Source of the DNA: Anaeramoeba ignava BMAN
Lineage: Eukaryota; Protista; Anaeramoebae
Reading direction: 5' to 3'
DNA length: 64,000 bases
Assembly: GCA_028826165.1 (NCBI GenBank)
Contig: JAPDFW010000055.1
Coordinates: forward strand, 186,001-250,000
In this document: one piece after another, positions 20,935 to 35,100 of the stretch
How the letters are laid out: every line of letters begins with the position of its first letter
Position numbering within the stretch: position 1 is the stretch's first letter
Program-made: the position numbers and the translations under genes
Notes under the pieces: generated by a model
Told to the model about the DNA's origin: nothing
What the model saw: only the letters and a program-made list of their open reading frames with translations
Databases searched by the model: none

Positions 20935-21830
20935 ATTTATTTATTTCAATTTATTCCACATTTATTCCACATTTATTTCACATTTATTTCACATTTATTT
21001 CAATTTATTTCACATTTATTCCACATTTATTTCAATTTATTTCACATTTATTTCAATTTATTTCACATTTATTCCAATTTATTCATCATTTATTCCACAT
21101 TTATTTCACATTTATTTCACATTTATTTCATATTTATTTCACATTTATTCCACATTTATTCCAATTTATTTCAAATTTATTTCAATTTATTCTACATTTA
21201 TTTCAATTTATTTCACATTTATTTCACATTTATTTCAATTTATTTCAATTTATTTCAATTTATTTCACATTTATTCCACATTTATTTCACATTTATTCTA
21301 CATTTATTTCAATTTATTTCAATTTATTTCAATTTATTTCAATTTATTTCACATTTATTTATTCCAATTTATTTCAATTTATTTCACATTTATTCCACAT
21401 TTATTTCACATTTATTTCACATTTATTTCACATTTATTTCAATTTATTCCAATTTATTTCACATTTATTTCACATTTATTTCAATTTATTTCACATTTAT
21501 TCCACATTTATTTCAATTTATTTCAATTTATTTCACATTTATTCCACATTTATTTCACATTTATTTCACATTTATTTCAATTTATTCCAATTTATTCCAC
21601 ATTTATTCCACATTTATTTCACATTTATTTCACATTTATTTCACATTTATTTCAATTTATTTCAATTTATTTCAATTTATTTCACATTTATTTCACATTT
21701 ATTTCACATTTATTTCAATTTATTCCAATTTATTCCAATTTATTTCAATTTATTTCAATTTATTCCAATTTATTTCAAGTTATTTCAATTTATTTCAAGT
21801 TATTTCAAGTTATTTCAATTTATTCCAAAT
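20935..21830. repeat. 10/11-bp minisatellite atttatt(t/c)ca(c) between divergent APH and acyl-CoA synthetase genes
   Basis: Mixture of atttatttcac, atttattccac, atttatttca and atttattcca units. Confidence 0.92.
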
Positions 21831-21893
21831 TTATTTATAATAATTTATTAAAGATTAAAAAATTTTTTTTCATTTTTTTTCTTTTTAAAAAAA

Positions 21894-24845
21894 ATGGAAA
21901 AAAAAGTAAAAACAAAAACAAAAAAAGCAAAAAAAAAAAATAAAACAATTTTAACAAGTTAAAAAATAAATTTGTTTAAAAAAGGTAGATTACATGGATT
22001 TTCTACAAAAACTTTCAGAAAAAGGACAGAAATTAGCATTAGAAGTAAAAGAAAAAGGAAAAGAAACACGAGAATTCTTTTCAAAAATGAGTTTAAATGG
22101 GAAAAAAATAATTGAAGAAAAAATTAAAGAATCAAACGAACTTCGCGAACAAGAACTAAAAAAACTAGACAAAATAGCAGAAGAATTCGAAGAAATATGT
22201 GGAAAGAAAGAAACAGAAGAAAAAGAGATTGAAAAATTAAAAGAATTTATAAAAAAAACGGAAGAAATAAAAAATAAAACAAAAGAAATTCGGGAAAATT
22301 TAGAAAATTTTCGATCTCATCCTCCTTCATATGATGAGTTTCAGAACCTTGTTGCACAATTCAATGAGATGTACACAAGGTTAGAAGAATTAGGCAAAGA
22401 GGAAAACGTGAGTATCCCATGGCAGATCAAGTTCTGCGCTGAGATGAATCCTGATGATAAGGGGGCTTCTGTGAGTTTGGGTGGAAGAATTACTGACGAT
22501 AAAGGTCGCAATTTATTTGGCACTGATTGCTATGTTTGCTCATATGAAATCCAGGACGGAATTGTTGGTGCTGAAGATAAAAGATTCCATAGTGTGGATT
22601 CGGAAAAAATTGATCTTTGCGAAAAATGTTTTGGAACTCGAAAAAAAATCATTTTAAGTTTGAAAAAATTGGATCCCAAAAATTCGGTTTCAAAGACGAT
22701 GATCCAAAACTTGAAAGATCACGACCAGTATTTCTTTGATCGTTTTTCTGAGGAGAAAAATATTGATGTGTTTATGAAAGAGAAAATTAACGATGCAAAA
22801 GAATTGACATCTTCAATTGAAAAAACATTTGAGATATTTAAAGAAAGACCCTTTTTTGGAGTTCGCAAGGAAACTGGAGGAGAGGAAGATATCGTCAGTG
22901 CAATGGATCCTTTTGCATGGACAACATACGGCGAGATTTATCAGCGGGTTGTTGGATTTGCTGGCGGTATTTCTGATATTTTGCCGCAAGGATCGTTTAT
23001 TGGGATTTGTTCCAAAAATAATTTTGAATGGTTAATTGCTGATTTTGCTTGTGCTATTAATAACTATGCTGTTGTTTGTTTGCATGACACTTGGCCGTTG
23101 GATGAGATTGAGTTCATCATCAATAACTCTTCTCTTGTTGGTGTTGTTATTACTGATAATCTTGTGGATTCTTTTATTAAGTGTTCTTTTAATTGTCCAA
23201 CTCTTCATTATTTATTTGTGATTGGAAAACTTCCTGAAATTAAAGACACAAATAATTTGGAATTATTTTCTTTCCACGAATTAGAAAAAGTTGGATTAGC
23301 AAAAATTCAAAAGGAAAAAAATAACGGAAAAGAAATTGAAAAGAAAGAAATTGATAAAGAAATTGATAAAGAAATCGATAAAGAAATTGATAAAAGAAAG
23401 AAATTGATAAAGAAATTGATAAAGAAATTGATAAAGAAATTGATAAAGAAATCAAAAAGAAAGAAGATCAAATCTTTTCTTTAATTTATACAAGTGGAAC
23501 AACTGGAGAACCAAAAGGAATTATTGTTACAAGATCAAACTGGCTTAAATCAAACAGTAGAATCATCAATATCGCTCCTTATAGCGTTGTTGCCTATTCT
23601 CCATTGGCTCATGGAATGCAAAGAGGTATAATTTGGCAAGCATTTTATAATGGAGGAAAAGTTGGATTTTCAGAAGAAGATGATTTAATTGAAAATAGTG
23701 GAATATTAAAACCATCTTTATTTGTTGGTTGGCCTAATTTTTGGACAGCACTTTATAATGATTATCAAAAAAGATTAAGTGATGCATATGAAAATATGGA
23801 AGAAGAATTAAAAGAAATTGAAGAGATGGAAAAAATGGAAGAAATGGAAAAACCAAAAGAAAATTTGGAAGAAATGGAAAAACCAAAAGAAAATTTGGAA
23901 GAAATGGAAAAACCAAAAGAAAATTTAGAAGAAATGGAAAAACCAAAAGAAAATTTAGAAAATTCAAACGAATCAAAAATCAAAAAGAAAATTCTTCGCG
24001 AATTCAAACAAAAATTGGGAGGAAAATTAACATGGGTTGCTTCAGGAGGATCAATGATTTCACCTGAAGTTCTTGATTTTATGAAAGATTGTTTTGAATG
24101 CCCAGCATTAAATGTATATGGAATAACGGAAGTTCCAGGAATCAGCACAAATGGGATAATTTCCAAAGAATGCAAGCTGAAACTGGAAGATGTACCTGAA
24201 ATGGGGTACAGTAACAACGACAAACCAAACCCAAGAGGAGAAATTGTTGTTCAAACAGAAACAATGTCACCTGGTTATTTTAATAATGAAGAAAAAACAA
24301 AACAATGTTTCAAAAATGGATGGTTTTATACTGGAGATATAGGCGAAATAGACTCGGATGGTAAGCTTCATATCATCGATAGAAAAGCGAACCTGATCGA
24401 ACTCTATGTCTCAGGTCGCAGTGTCTGGATTTCTTCAGGAAGTATCGAGTCTCTTTATTATGAAACTGGCGCTTTTTCCCGTTTATGTTTATTTGGTGAC
24501 AGAATGGAATCTTTTATCATCGCAATTTTTATCCCTTCTGATCAATTTATTCAATCATTCAAACAAAAATTTAATCTTGATTCATCTAATCATGATCTTG
24601 TCAAAAATCCCGAATTCTTAAAATCTTTTTTCGAACTTTTTGATCAAATTGCTTTAAAACATTCTCTTAAAGATTATGAAGTTCCGAAAGGAATTATTAT
24701 TGAAATTGATGAACCTTGGAATCTTGAAAGTGGTTTAGTTACTCCAAATGGAAAAGTTAGAAGAAATCGAATTTTTGCTAAATATCAAACTCGTTTTGAA
24801 GCAGAATGTTTAGCAGTTAATGAACGAGAATCAAAATTAAAATGA
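21894..24845 (+). CDS. Long-chain acyl-CoA synthetase-like adenylate-forming enzyme with N-terminal coiled coil and degenerate ZZ-like finger; probable 12-nt first exon; frameshift at ~23393
   Basis: Likely exon 1 ATG GAA AAA AAA (21894-21905), intron 21906-21984. AMP-binding motifs LIYTSGTTGEPKG (~23480-23519, hidden between the two listed ORFs), YGITE, DVPEMGY...PNPRGEI, GWFYTGDIG, IIDRK, GLVTPNGKVRR. Frameshift lies inside the (KEID)n tract. Confidence 0.85.
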
Positions 24846-25290
24846 TTAAAATTAAAATTAAAATTCATTTATAAAATTAAAATTAAAATTAAATTTAAAA
24901 TTAAAATTAAAATTAAAATTAAAATTAAAATTAAAATTAAAATTAAAATTAAAATCAAAATTAAAATCAAAATTAAAATTAAAATTAAAATTTAAAATTA
25001 AAATTAAAATTAAAATTAAAATTAAAATTAAAATTCAAATTTAATCAAATTTAATCAAATTTAATAATAAAAAATTTAATCAAATTTAATAATCAAAATC
25101 AAAATTAAAATTAAAATTAAAATTAAAATTAAAAATTAAAATTAAAATTAAAATTAAAATTAAAATTAAAATTAAAATTAAATTTCAAATTAAAATTAAA
25201 ATTAAAATTAAAATTAAAATTAAAATTAAAATTCAAATTTAATCAAATTTAATCAAATTTAATAATAAAAAATTTAATCAAATTTAATAA
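24846..25290 (+). repeat. (AAAATT)n array in the convergent intergenic gap
   Basis: Hexamer array with a duplicated caaatttaatcaaatttaat block. Confidence 0.88.
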
Positions 25291-25507
25291 TAAAAAAAAT
25301 TTCATTTCTTTCTTTCTTTGTTTCTTTGTTTGTTTGTTTGACTACATTTTCATTTATTGATTTAAATTGGTTTTGATTTAAAAAAAATTTTCCTTTTTTT
25401 TTGAACTTGTTTACATTTTGATTTTAATTTTAATTCTTAATTTTAATTCTTAATTTTAATTCTTAATTTTAATTCTTAATTCTTAATTTTAATTCTTAAT
25501 TCTTGTT

Positions 25508-28500
25508 CTACATTTTCATTTGTTTAATAATTTTATCCCAAATTTCTCTAAAACTCCAAAAATCACCAGAAATACGAGTAAAAGTAATAACTTGAATTTT
25601 CTTAACTTTTTGACTTCTTGTGATTTTGATTTCAAATTCAATCCCACTTTGTGTTGAACAATGAACAGAAAAAACGCCGATATCATGAAAAGAAATATTA
25701 TTTTTCTTAAGAACATTTTTGCATTGAGAAAAAAGTTTTTTAGGATTTTTTGTTGAAGTTGATGAAACAAGTAACGGAAGTCTAGTGTCTTTAAGAATCT
25801 CATCAGTTTCCATTTCTTTCTTTGTTTCATTTGCTTGATCTTCTTTTCTTTTTTCACTTTCATATTCATCTTCTTGTTCTCCTTTTCCGTTTGTAAGTGA
25901 TGTAACTGCTCTTGGTTTTCGAATTGGTTCTTGTGTTATTTTTTTCAGTGGTTCATCAAATGAAATTTTATTTGGTGTAAGAAGTTCGTTTGCTGTTGAT
26001 GAACGAGGACGAAGAATGTCATCAAAAAGAATTTTGTTGGAATTTTTGGAAAGGAGATTTTTAAAAGAGAAGAAATTTTGATTTTCGTTTTGATTTTGAT
26101 TTTGATTTTGATTTTGATTTTCATTTTCATTTTCATTTTGATTCAAATTTTGATTTTGATTCCTTCCTTCAAATATCATGTCAAACCGAGATTTGTATCG
26201 ATCCTGTGTTTCTAATATACTGTGATTAAGAGATGTTTCTTGCGAATTAGAATCTTGAGAAATCAAAGGTTTATCGCTTAAAAGATCTGCCAACTTGACC
26301 ATGCTGTCGTTTGTCAATTTTGGCTTTTTGGGTTCGTCTAAATACTGAGAGTTCTGAATAAAGTTGTTTGCTGCTTTTTGGTGAGTATTGCTGTTGGAAG
26401 AATCCCAATGATTTATGTTTCCAAAACGATTATTTTGGCCGAATTTTTCGGTGATATTGTCGAGAAAACTAAACTCATTGGTGTCCTCTATTTGGTCGAT
26501 ATTATCGATTGGATTACCCCATTTTAATGGTGATAAGTTGGTGCTTTGCATTGTGTGCGAATCCCTGATATTCATTCCATTGAGGTTCAATATAGCGCTG
26601 TCATGATCAAAATTGTTTTGAGTTTTTTTGGGTTGATCGACAATATTTTCGTTTTCTCGTCTTTTTTTGCGTTCTGTTTTAAACAGAAAAGTGCGTTTTT
26701 TCGGGCGTGGCTCATCTTTGTTATCAATACTATCTTGGAAATCAAGATTTTTTAATCGCCGAAAACCAATTAACGGTTCAAAAGAATCTTGTTCCACTTT
26801 TTGGATCGAATAATGTTTGCTTTCTTTCTCCATTTTATCCCTCAGTATTCTGTATGTTGCCATAATAGAGTTGAAAGAGCCTGATTTCAGAGAGGCGATG
26901 ATCTCTTCGTGGGAGATATGCAGGCCCTTCATAGTCTCCACGATGATGGGATCGACTTCTCCGAGTTCTGTCGATGTTGAGAGTTGTCTTCTCAGTGGTG
27001 GCCCATCAAAGCCCTCGTTGAACCATGGATCGCAGCGGATATTCTCCATCGAGTATCTCTTTATCGGATTTGTTTGCAGAATGTTCATTATTAGGTTCAC
27101 AGATCCTGGAGAAAGATGCGACGGAATTTTGAATTTTCCATCGATAATTTTCTCGCAAATTCTCTTTTCATTGGGTCCGTAAAATGGTAGTTTCCCACAA
27201 AGTAGACAATATAAAACAACCCCCATAGACCATATGTCCGCTTTTGGTCCGTTGTATTCCTTGTTCTGTATTAATTCAGGTGCTGAATACGATGGCGAGC
27301 CGCAGGAGGTTTTGCAGAGTTGATCTTGATCCACAACTGCTGAAAACCCAAAATCAATAATCTTTACATTCATCGAGGAATCAAGAAGTAAATTCTCCGG
27401 CTTTATATCTCTGTGGATTATATTCATTTTATGACAAAAATCAACGCCTTTAATTTAATTATATACCAAGCAAAATAATTTCAAAAAAAAAATGTCAAAA
27501 AAAAATTGACACGTGTTAATTCACCTTTTTTTTTACAAAACAAAACAAAAATATTTTAAATTTAAACTAACCATCTACTATTTGTCTAAAAAACTTTCGT
27601 GCTTGATCTTCTCGTAATTTTCCGTGAGCAATTATATAATCAAAAAGTTCTCCTCCTGAAGCAAATTCTGTGATTATCCAAATTTTATGTTCAGTTTCTA
27701 TTACTTCAAATAGTTTGATTACATTTGGATGATTTATTTTCTTGAGAATTTTCAATTCTCTTTCCAGGTGTGCTTTTGATTTTGGGTTGAGACGAAATTT
27801 TGATTTTTGAACCATTTTAATTGCGACCTATTTTATCAATTTTTTATATTAATTTTGAAATAAATTTTGAAATAAATTTTGAAATAAATTTTGAAATAAA
27901 TTTTGAAATAAATTTTGAAATAAATTTTGAAATAAATTTTCATTTGAAATAAATTTTGAAATAAATTTTGAAATAATTTTTAAATAAATTTTGAAATAAA
28001 TTTTAATTTAATTGATTAAATTGATTTTTTTTAATTTTGATTTTGATTAAATTGATTAAATTGATTAAATTGATTAAATTGATTAAATTGATTAAATTGA
28101 TTAAATTGATTAAATTGATTAAATTGATTTAATTTTAATTTTTAATTTGATTAAATTGATTAATTTGATTAAATTGTAATTATTTAATTTTAATTGATTA
28201 AATTGATTTAATTTTAATTTGATTTTAAATTTTTTATTTTGATTAAATTGATTAAATTTTAAATTGATTAAATTTAATTTTAATTTTATTTTAATTTTAA
28301 TTTTAATAATTTTTAATTTTGATTTTGATTTTAATTTTTAATTTTTAATTTTAATTTTAATTGATTAAATTGATTAAATTGATTAAATTGATTTAATTTA
28401 TTTTAATTTAATTTAATTTTAATTTGATTAAATTGATTAATTTGATTTAATTTTATTTTAATTTTGATTTAATTTTTAATTTTAATTTTAATTTTAATTT

Positions 28501-29419
28501 GATTTAATTTTAATTTGATTAAATTTTAATTTGATTTAATTTTAATTTTAATTTTATTTTAATTTTTAATTTTAATTTTATTTTTGATTAAATTGATTAA
28601 TTTTAATTTGATTTTAATTTGATTTAATTGATTAAATTGATTAATTTGATTAAATTGATTAAATTAATTAAATTTATTTTAATTTGATTTAATTTTAATT
28701 TTAAATTGATTTAATTTTTAATTTTTAAATTGATTTAATTTTAATTTTAAATTGATTTAATTTTAATTTTAATTATTTAATTTTTAATTATTTAATTTTA
28801 ATTTTAATTTTTAATTTTAATTTAAATTTTTAATTTTAATTTTAATTTTAATTTTAATTTTTGATTTTTAATTTTGATTTAATTATTTAATTATTTTAAT
28901 TTTAATTTTGGTTTTTAATTTTAATTTGATTAAATTTTAATTTTAATTTTAAATTGATTAAATTGATTAATTTGATTTAATTTTAATTTGATTTAATTTT
29001 AATTTGGTTTAATTTTAATTTTAATTTTGATTAAATTGATTAAATTGATTTAATTTTAATTTGATTTAATTTTAATTTGATTAAATTGATTAAATTTTAA
29101 TTTTCAAATAAATTGATTAAATTTTATTAATTTTAATTTTAATTAATGGTTGGTTTTCTTTTCTATTAAGTTGTTTTTGTATTTAGAAATTGTATTTATG
29201 TTTTATTAAATGAGATTTTTGTCTTATTGAAATTGAATTAAAATGATTCATTTCCATCAAATAAAAAAACTGAAAACAAAATTTAAATAAATTTATCAAT
29301 AAATAACTTACTTTTTGTTTTGTTGGAATGTGTTGACAAAGTTTAACTTTGCTAAAAGTACCTCTTCCAATAGTTTTTCCTAGTAAATAATTTTTTATGG
29401 CTTCTTTTGATCGATTCAT
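25508..29419 (-). CDS. AMPK-related (MARK/Par-1/SNF1-like) Ser/Thr kinase with UBA-like region and C-terminal KA1 domain; 3 exons
   Basis: Exons 29419-29312, 27827-27572, 27447-25508. IGRGTFSKVKL, VAIKM, EFASGGELFDYI, HRDIKPENLLLD, DFGF, TSCGSPSYSAPE; C-terminal STSTKNP...FEIKI...FTRISGDFWSFREIWDKII (KA1). Confidence 0.92.
27850..29140. repeat. Compound microsatellites (ttttgaaataaa, aattgatta, aatttt) in kinase intron 1 (27828-29311)
   Basis: A 12-mer block, then a 9-mer block, then degenerate hexamers. Confidence 0.88.
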
Positions 29420-29684
29420 TTTCAAAACTAGAAATTTAATTTATAAAATTCAAATAAAATTTTAAAATGTAAAAAATGATCCCCCAAAAAAATAAAAAAT
29501 TTTTTTGAATAAGGAAATTATAATTATAATTGATAAGAAAATATAAAAAAGAAAAATAAAAAATGAAAAATGAAAAAAAAAATAAAAAAAACAGGAAAAT
29601 GAATAACAAATTTTTTTCTTTTTTAATTTTTAATTGATCAAAAAAATAAATTTTTCCCCTTAATACATTACAAATCCCAATCCA

Positions 29685-32035
29685 AAATTATAATATTAAA
29701 TTAAATATAAAATCTAATCCAAAATTAAATCTAAAATTAAATCCAAAATTAAATATAAAATTAAAAATTAGATCCAAAATTAAATATAAAATTAAATATA
29801 AAATTAAATATAAAATTAAATATAAAATTAAATATAAAATTAAATATAAAATTAAATATAAAATTAAATATAAAATTAAATCCAAAATTAAATATAAAAT
29901 TAAATCTAAAATTAAATCCAAAATTATAATATTAAATTAAATATAAAACCAAAATTAAATCCAAAATTAAATCTAAAATTAAATATAAAAATTAAATATA
30001 AAAATTAAATATAAAATTAAATATAAAATTAAAAAAAATTAAATATAAAATTAAATATAAAATTAAATATAAAATTAAATATAAAATTAAATATAAAATT
30101 AAATATAAAATTAAATATAAAATTAAATATAAAATTAATTATAAAATTAAATATAAAATTAAATATAAAATTAAATCTAAAATTGAATATAAAATTAAAT
30201 ATAAAATTAAATATAAAATTAAATATAAAATTAAACTAAAATTGAATCTAAAATTAAATATAAAATTAAATATAAAATTAAATATAAAATTAAATATAAA
30301 ATTAAATATAAAATTAAACTAAAATTAAATCCAAAATTAAATCTAAAATTAAATATAAAATTAAATATAAAATTAAATATAAAATTAAATATAAAATTAA
30401 ATATAAAATTAAATATAAAATTAAATCTAAAATTAAATCTAAAATTAAACTAATATTAAATATAAAATTAAATATAAAATTAAATATAAAATTAAATCTA
30501 AAATTGAATATAAAATTAAATTTAAAATTAAATATAAAATTAAATATAAAATTAAATATAAAATTAAATATAAAATTAAATATAAAATTAAATATAAAAT
30601 TAAATATAAAATTAAACTAAAAATTAAATCTAAAAATTAAATATAAAATAAAATAAAAATAAAATCCAAAAATTAAATATAAAATTAAATCCAAAATTAA
30701 ATATAAAATTAAATATAAAATTAAATATAAAATTAAATATAAAATTAAATATAAAATTAAATATAAAATTAAATATAAAATTAAATATAAAATTAAATAT
30801 AAAATTAAATATAAAATTAAATATAAAATTAAATATAAAATTAAATATAAAATTAAATATAAAATTAAATATAAAATTAAATCCAAAATTAAATCCAAAA
30901 TTAAATATAAAATTAAATCTAAAATTAAATATAAAATTAAATCTAAAATTAAATACAAAATTAAAATAAAATATTAAAATCCAAAATTAAATATAAAATT
31001 AAATCTAAAATTAAATATAAAATTAAATCCAAAATTAAATATAAAATTAAATATAAAATTAAATATAAAATTAAATATAAAATTAAAATATAAAATTAAA
31101 TATAAAATTAAAATTAAATCTAAAATTAAATCTAAAATTAAATATAAAATTAAATATAAAATTAAATATAAAAATTAAATATAAAATTAAATATAAAATT
31201 AAATATAAAAAAATATAAAATTAAATATAAAATTAAATCCAAATATAAAATTAAATATAAAATTAAATTTTCAAATCCAAAATTAAATATAATAAAATAT
31301 AAAAGAAAATATAAAATTAAAACTATTAAATATAAAAATTAAATCCAATATAAAATCCAAAATTAGATCCAAAATTAAAAATATAAAATTAAACCAAAAA
31401 TTAAATTAAAATTAAATCTAAAATTAAATCCAAAAAATTAAATATAAAATTAAATCTAAAATTAGATCCAAAATTAAATTTAAAATTAAATCTAAAAATT
31501 AAATCCAAAAATTAAATCCAAAAATTAAATCCAAAATTAAATCCAAAAATAAAATCCAAAATTAAATACAACAAATCCAAAATTAAATGTTTTTAGATCC
31601 AAAAATTAATGAAAAATTTCCAAAATTTTTCCAAAATTAAATATAAAATTAAATCCAAAATTTAACCAAAATTAAATATAAAATTAAAAATAAAAAAAAT
31701 CCAAAATTAAATATAAAATTAAATAAAAATTAAATATAATATTAAATATAAAATTAAATATAAAATTAAATATAATATTAAATCCAATATTAAATATAAA
31801 ATTAAATATAAAATTAAATATAAAATTAAATATAAAATTAAATCCAAAATTAAATCCAAAATTAAATATTAAATTAAATCCAAAATTAAATATAAAATTA
31901 AATATAAAATTAAATATAAAATAAAATATAAAATTAAATATAAAATTAAATCTAAAATTAAATATAAAATTAAATATAAAATTAAATATAAAATTAAATA
32001 TAAAATTAAATCCAAAATTAAATTTAAAATTAAAA
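29685..32035. repeat. 12-bp array aaaattaaat(at/cc/ct), intergenic
   Basis: Direct reading; source of the spurious (ILYL)n and (FNFI)n ORFs. Confidence 0.93.
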
Positions 32036-32124
32036 ATAATTAATGAGATCAAATAAGAATTCTTGTTTTGAAATGAAATGAAAAGAAAAGAAAGAAAAAA
32101 GGGAAGAAAAAAGGGAAAAAAAAA

Positions 32125-35100
32125 TTAATTAGGATTAGGGAAATCAAGCATCCAAATTGAAGTTCGATTTCCACATTTTTCTCCAACATTAGTTCTTAAA
32201 GTATCAGAACAAGAAAATAATTTTAAATCTTTTCCATAACAAAATCCAATTTCATGAAGAATAGTTTTACCAAGATAAGTATTACAAGAAATAGTAGGTT
32301 TAAGACCAGAAATAGCTTGAGTAACTGCTTGGTCAATTTGATCATAAGTGTAAAAAGTAGTATTTGAAGGAACAATATTATTTTTCCAAAGCCAAGTTGT
32401 TGGATCTAAAGATTCTCTAAATTGATATCCAGTATAAAAATATTCATATTCTGTTTTTAAAACACTTAATGAACAAGTTCCATGTTTTTCCCAATTAGTT
32501 TTCCAAAAAGCTTGAGGATAACTGAAATTCCAAAAATCAGGCCAAATATAAGCTAATGAATAAGTTATATTCGAAATTTCAGAAATATTAAAAGGATATT
32601 GTGAATCGCAAAAAACTGGAACATTTGAATCTGTTCTTGGCTCAAATGTATGAAGTGCAAATGATGAATACCAACTTGGAACTGAACAATTTGCATAATT
32701 TATGCAATCTGCCAATGGCCATCTTAAATTTATTATTAAAATTATAAATAAAATTATTATTAAATTTATTATTAAATTTATTATTAAATTTATTATTAAA
32801 ATTATTATTAAAATTATTATTAAAATTATTATTAAAATTATTATTAAATTTATTATTAAAATTATTATTAAATTTATTATTAAAATTATTATTAAAATTA
32901 TTATTAAAATTATTATTAAAATTTATTATTAAAATTATTATTAAAATTATTATTAAAATTTATTATTAAATTTATTATTAAAATGATTATTAAATTTATT
33001 ATTAAAATTATTATTAAATTTATTATTAAAATTATTATTAAATTTATGATTAAATTTATTATTAAATTTATTATTAAATTTATTATTAAAATTATTATTA
33101 AAATTATTATTAAATTTATTATTAAATTTATTATTAAATTTATTATTAAAATTATTATTAAAATTATTATTAAAATTATTATTAAAATTTATTATTAAAA
33201 TTATTATTAAAATTATTATTAAAATTATTATTAAATTTATTATTAAAATTTATTATTAAAATTATTATTAAATTTATTATTAAAATTATTATTAAATTTA
33301 TTATTAAATTTATTATTAAATTTATTATTAAATTTATTATTAAATTTATTATTAAAATTTATTATTAAATTCTATTATTAAATTTATTATTATATTTATT
33401 ATTAAAATTATTATTAAAATTATTATTAAAATTTATTATTAAATTTATTATTAAAATTATTATTAAATTTATTATTAAAATTATTATTAAAATTATTATT
33501 AATATTATTATTAAAATTATTATTAAAATTATTATTAAAATTTATTATTAAATTTATTATTAAAATTATTATTAAAAATTATTATTAAATTTATGATTAA
33601 ATTTATTATTATTAAAATTATTATTAAATTTATTATTAAAATTATTATTAAAATTATTATTAAAATTATTTTAAATTTATTATTAAATTTATTATTAAAA
33701 TTATTATTAAAATTTAAAATTATTATTAAATTTATTATTAAATTTATTATTAAAATTTATTATTAAATTTATTATTAAATTTATTATTAAAATTATTATT
33801 AAAAATTATTATTAAAATTGATTATTAAATTTATTATTAAAATTATTATTATTAAAATTATTATTAAATTTATTATTAAATTTATTATTAAATTTATTAT
33901 TAAATTTATTATTAAATTTTATTATTAAATTGTTTATTAAAATTAATTATTAAATTTATTATTAAAATTATTATTAAATTTATTATTATTAAAATTATTA
34001 TTAAATTGTTTATTAAAATTAATTATTAAATTAATTATTAAATTTATTATAAATTTATTATAAAATTATTATTAAAATTATTATTAAAATTATTATTAAA
34101 ATTATTATTAAAATTATTATTAAAATTATTATTAAATTTATTATTAAAATTAAATAAATTTATTATTAAATTTATTATTAAATTTATTATTAAAATTATT
34201 TATAAATTGATTATTAAAATTTATTATTAAATTTATTATTAAATTTATTATTAAAATTATTATTAAAATTATTATTAAATTTGTTATTAAAATTATTATT
34301 AAAATTATTATTAAATTTATTATTAAATTTATTATTAAATTTATTATTAAAATTATTATTAAATTTATTATTAAAATTATTATTAAAATTATTATTAAAA
34401 TTATTATTAAAATTTATTATTAAATTTATTATTAAATTTATTATTATTATATTTATTATTATATTTATTATTAAATTTATTATTAAATTTATTATTAAAA
34501 TTTATTATTAAATTTATTATTAAAATTTATTATTAAAATTATTATTAAATTTATTATTAAATTTATTATTAAAATTATTATTAAAATTATTATTAAATTT
34601 ATTATTAAATTTATTATTAAATTTATTATTAAATTTGTTATTTAATTTATTATTAAATTTATTATTAAAATTATTATTAAATTTATTATTAAATTTATTA
34701 TTAAAATTATTATTAAATTTATTATTAAAATTATTATTAAAATTATTAAAATTATTATTAAATTTATTATTAAATTTATTATTAAAATTTATTATTAAAA
34801 ATTCTATTATTAAAATTTATTATTAAAATTTATTATTAAAATTATTATTAAAATTCTTATTATTAAATTTATTATTAAATTTATTATTAAATTTATTATT
34901 AAATTTATTATTAAATTTATTATTATTAAATTTATTATTAAAATTTTATTAAATTTATTATTAAATTTATTATTAAAATTATTATTAAAATTATTATTAA
35001 AATTATTATTAAATTTATTATTAAAATTTATTATTAAATTTATTATTAAATTATTATTAAAAATTATTATTAAAATTATTATTAAATTTATTATTAAATT

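Noticed and set aside
24830-25350. Continuation of the adenylation enzyme into carrier and reductase domains (CAR/NRPS-like) across the (AAAATT)n tract
   Set aside because: There is no downstream coding exon before the convergent kinase gene.
29688-34826. ORF-track entries such as (ILYL)n, (FNFI)n, (IIKF)n, (LLKL)n, and elsewhere (LK)n and (DF)n
   Set aside because: These are translations of stop-free frames of microsatellites or antisense to NQ tracts; some lie inside introns.
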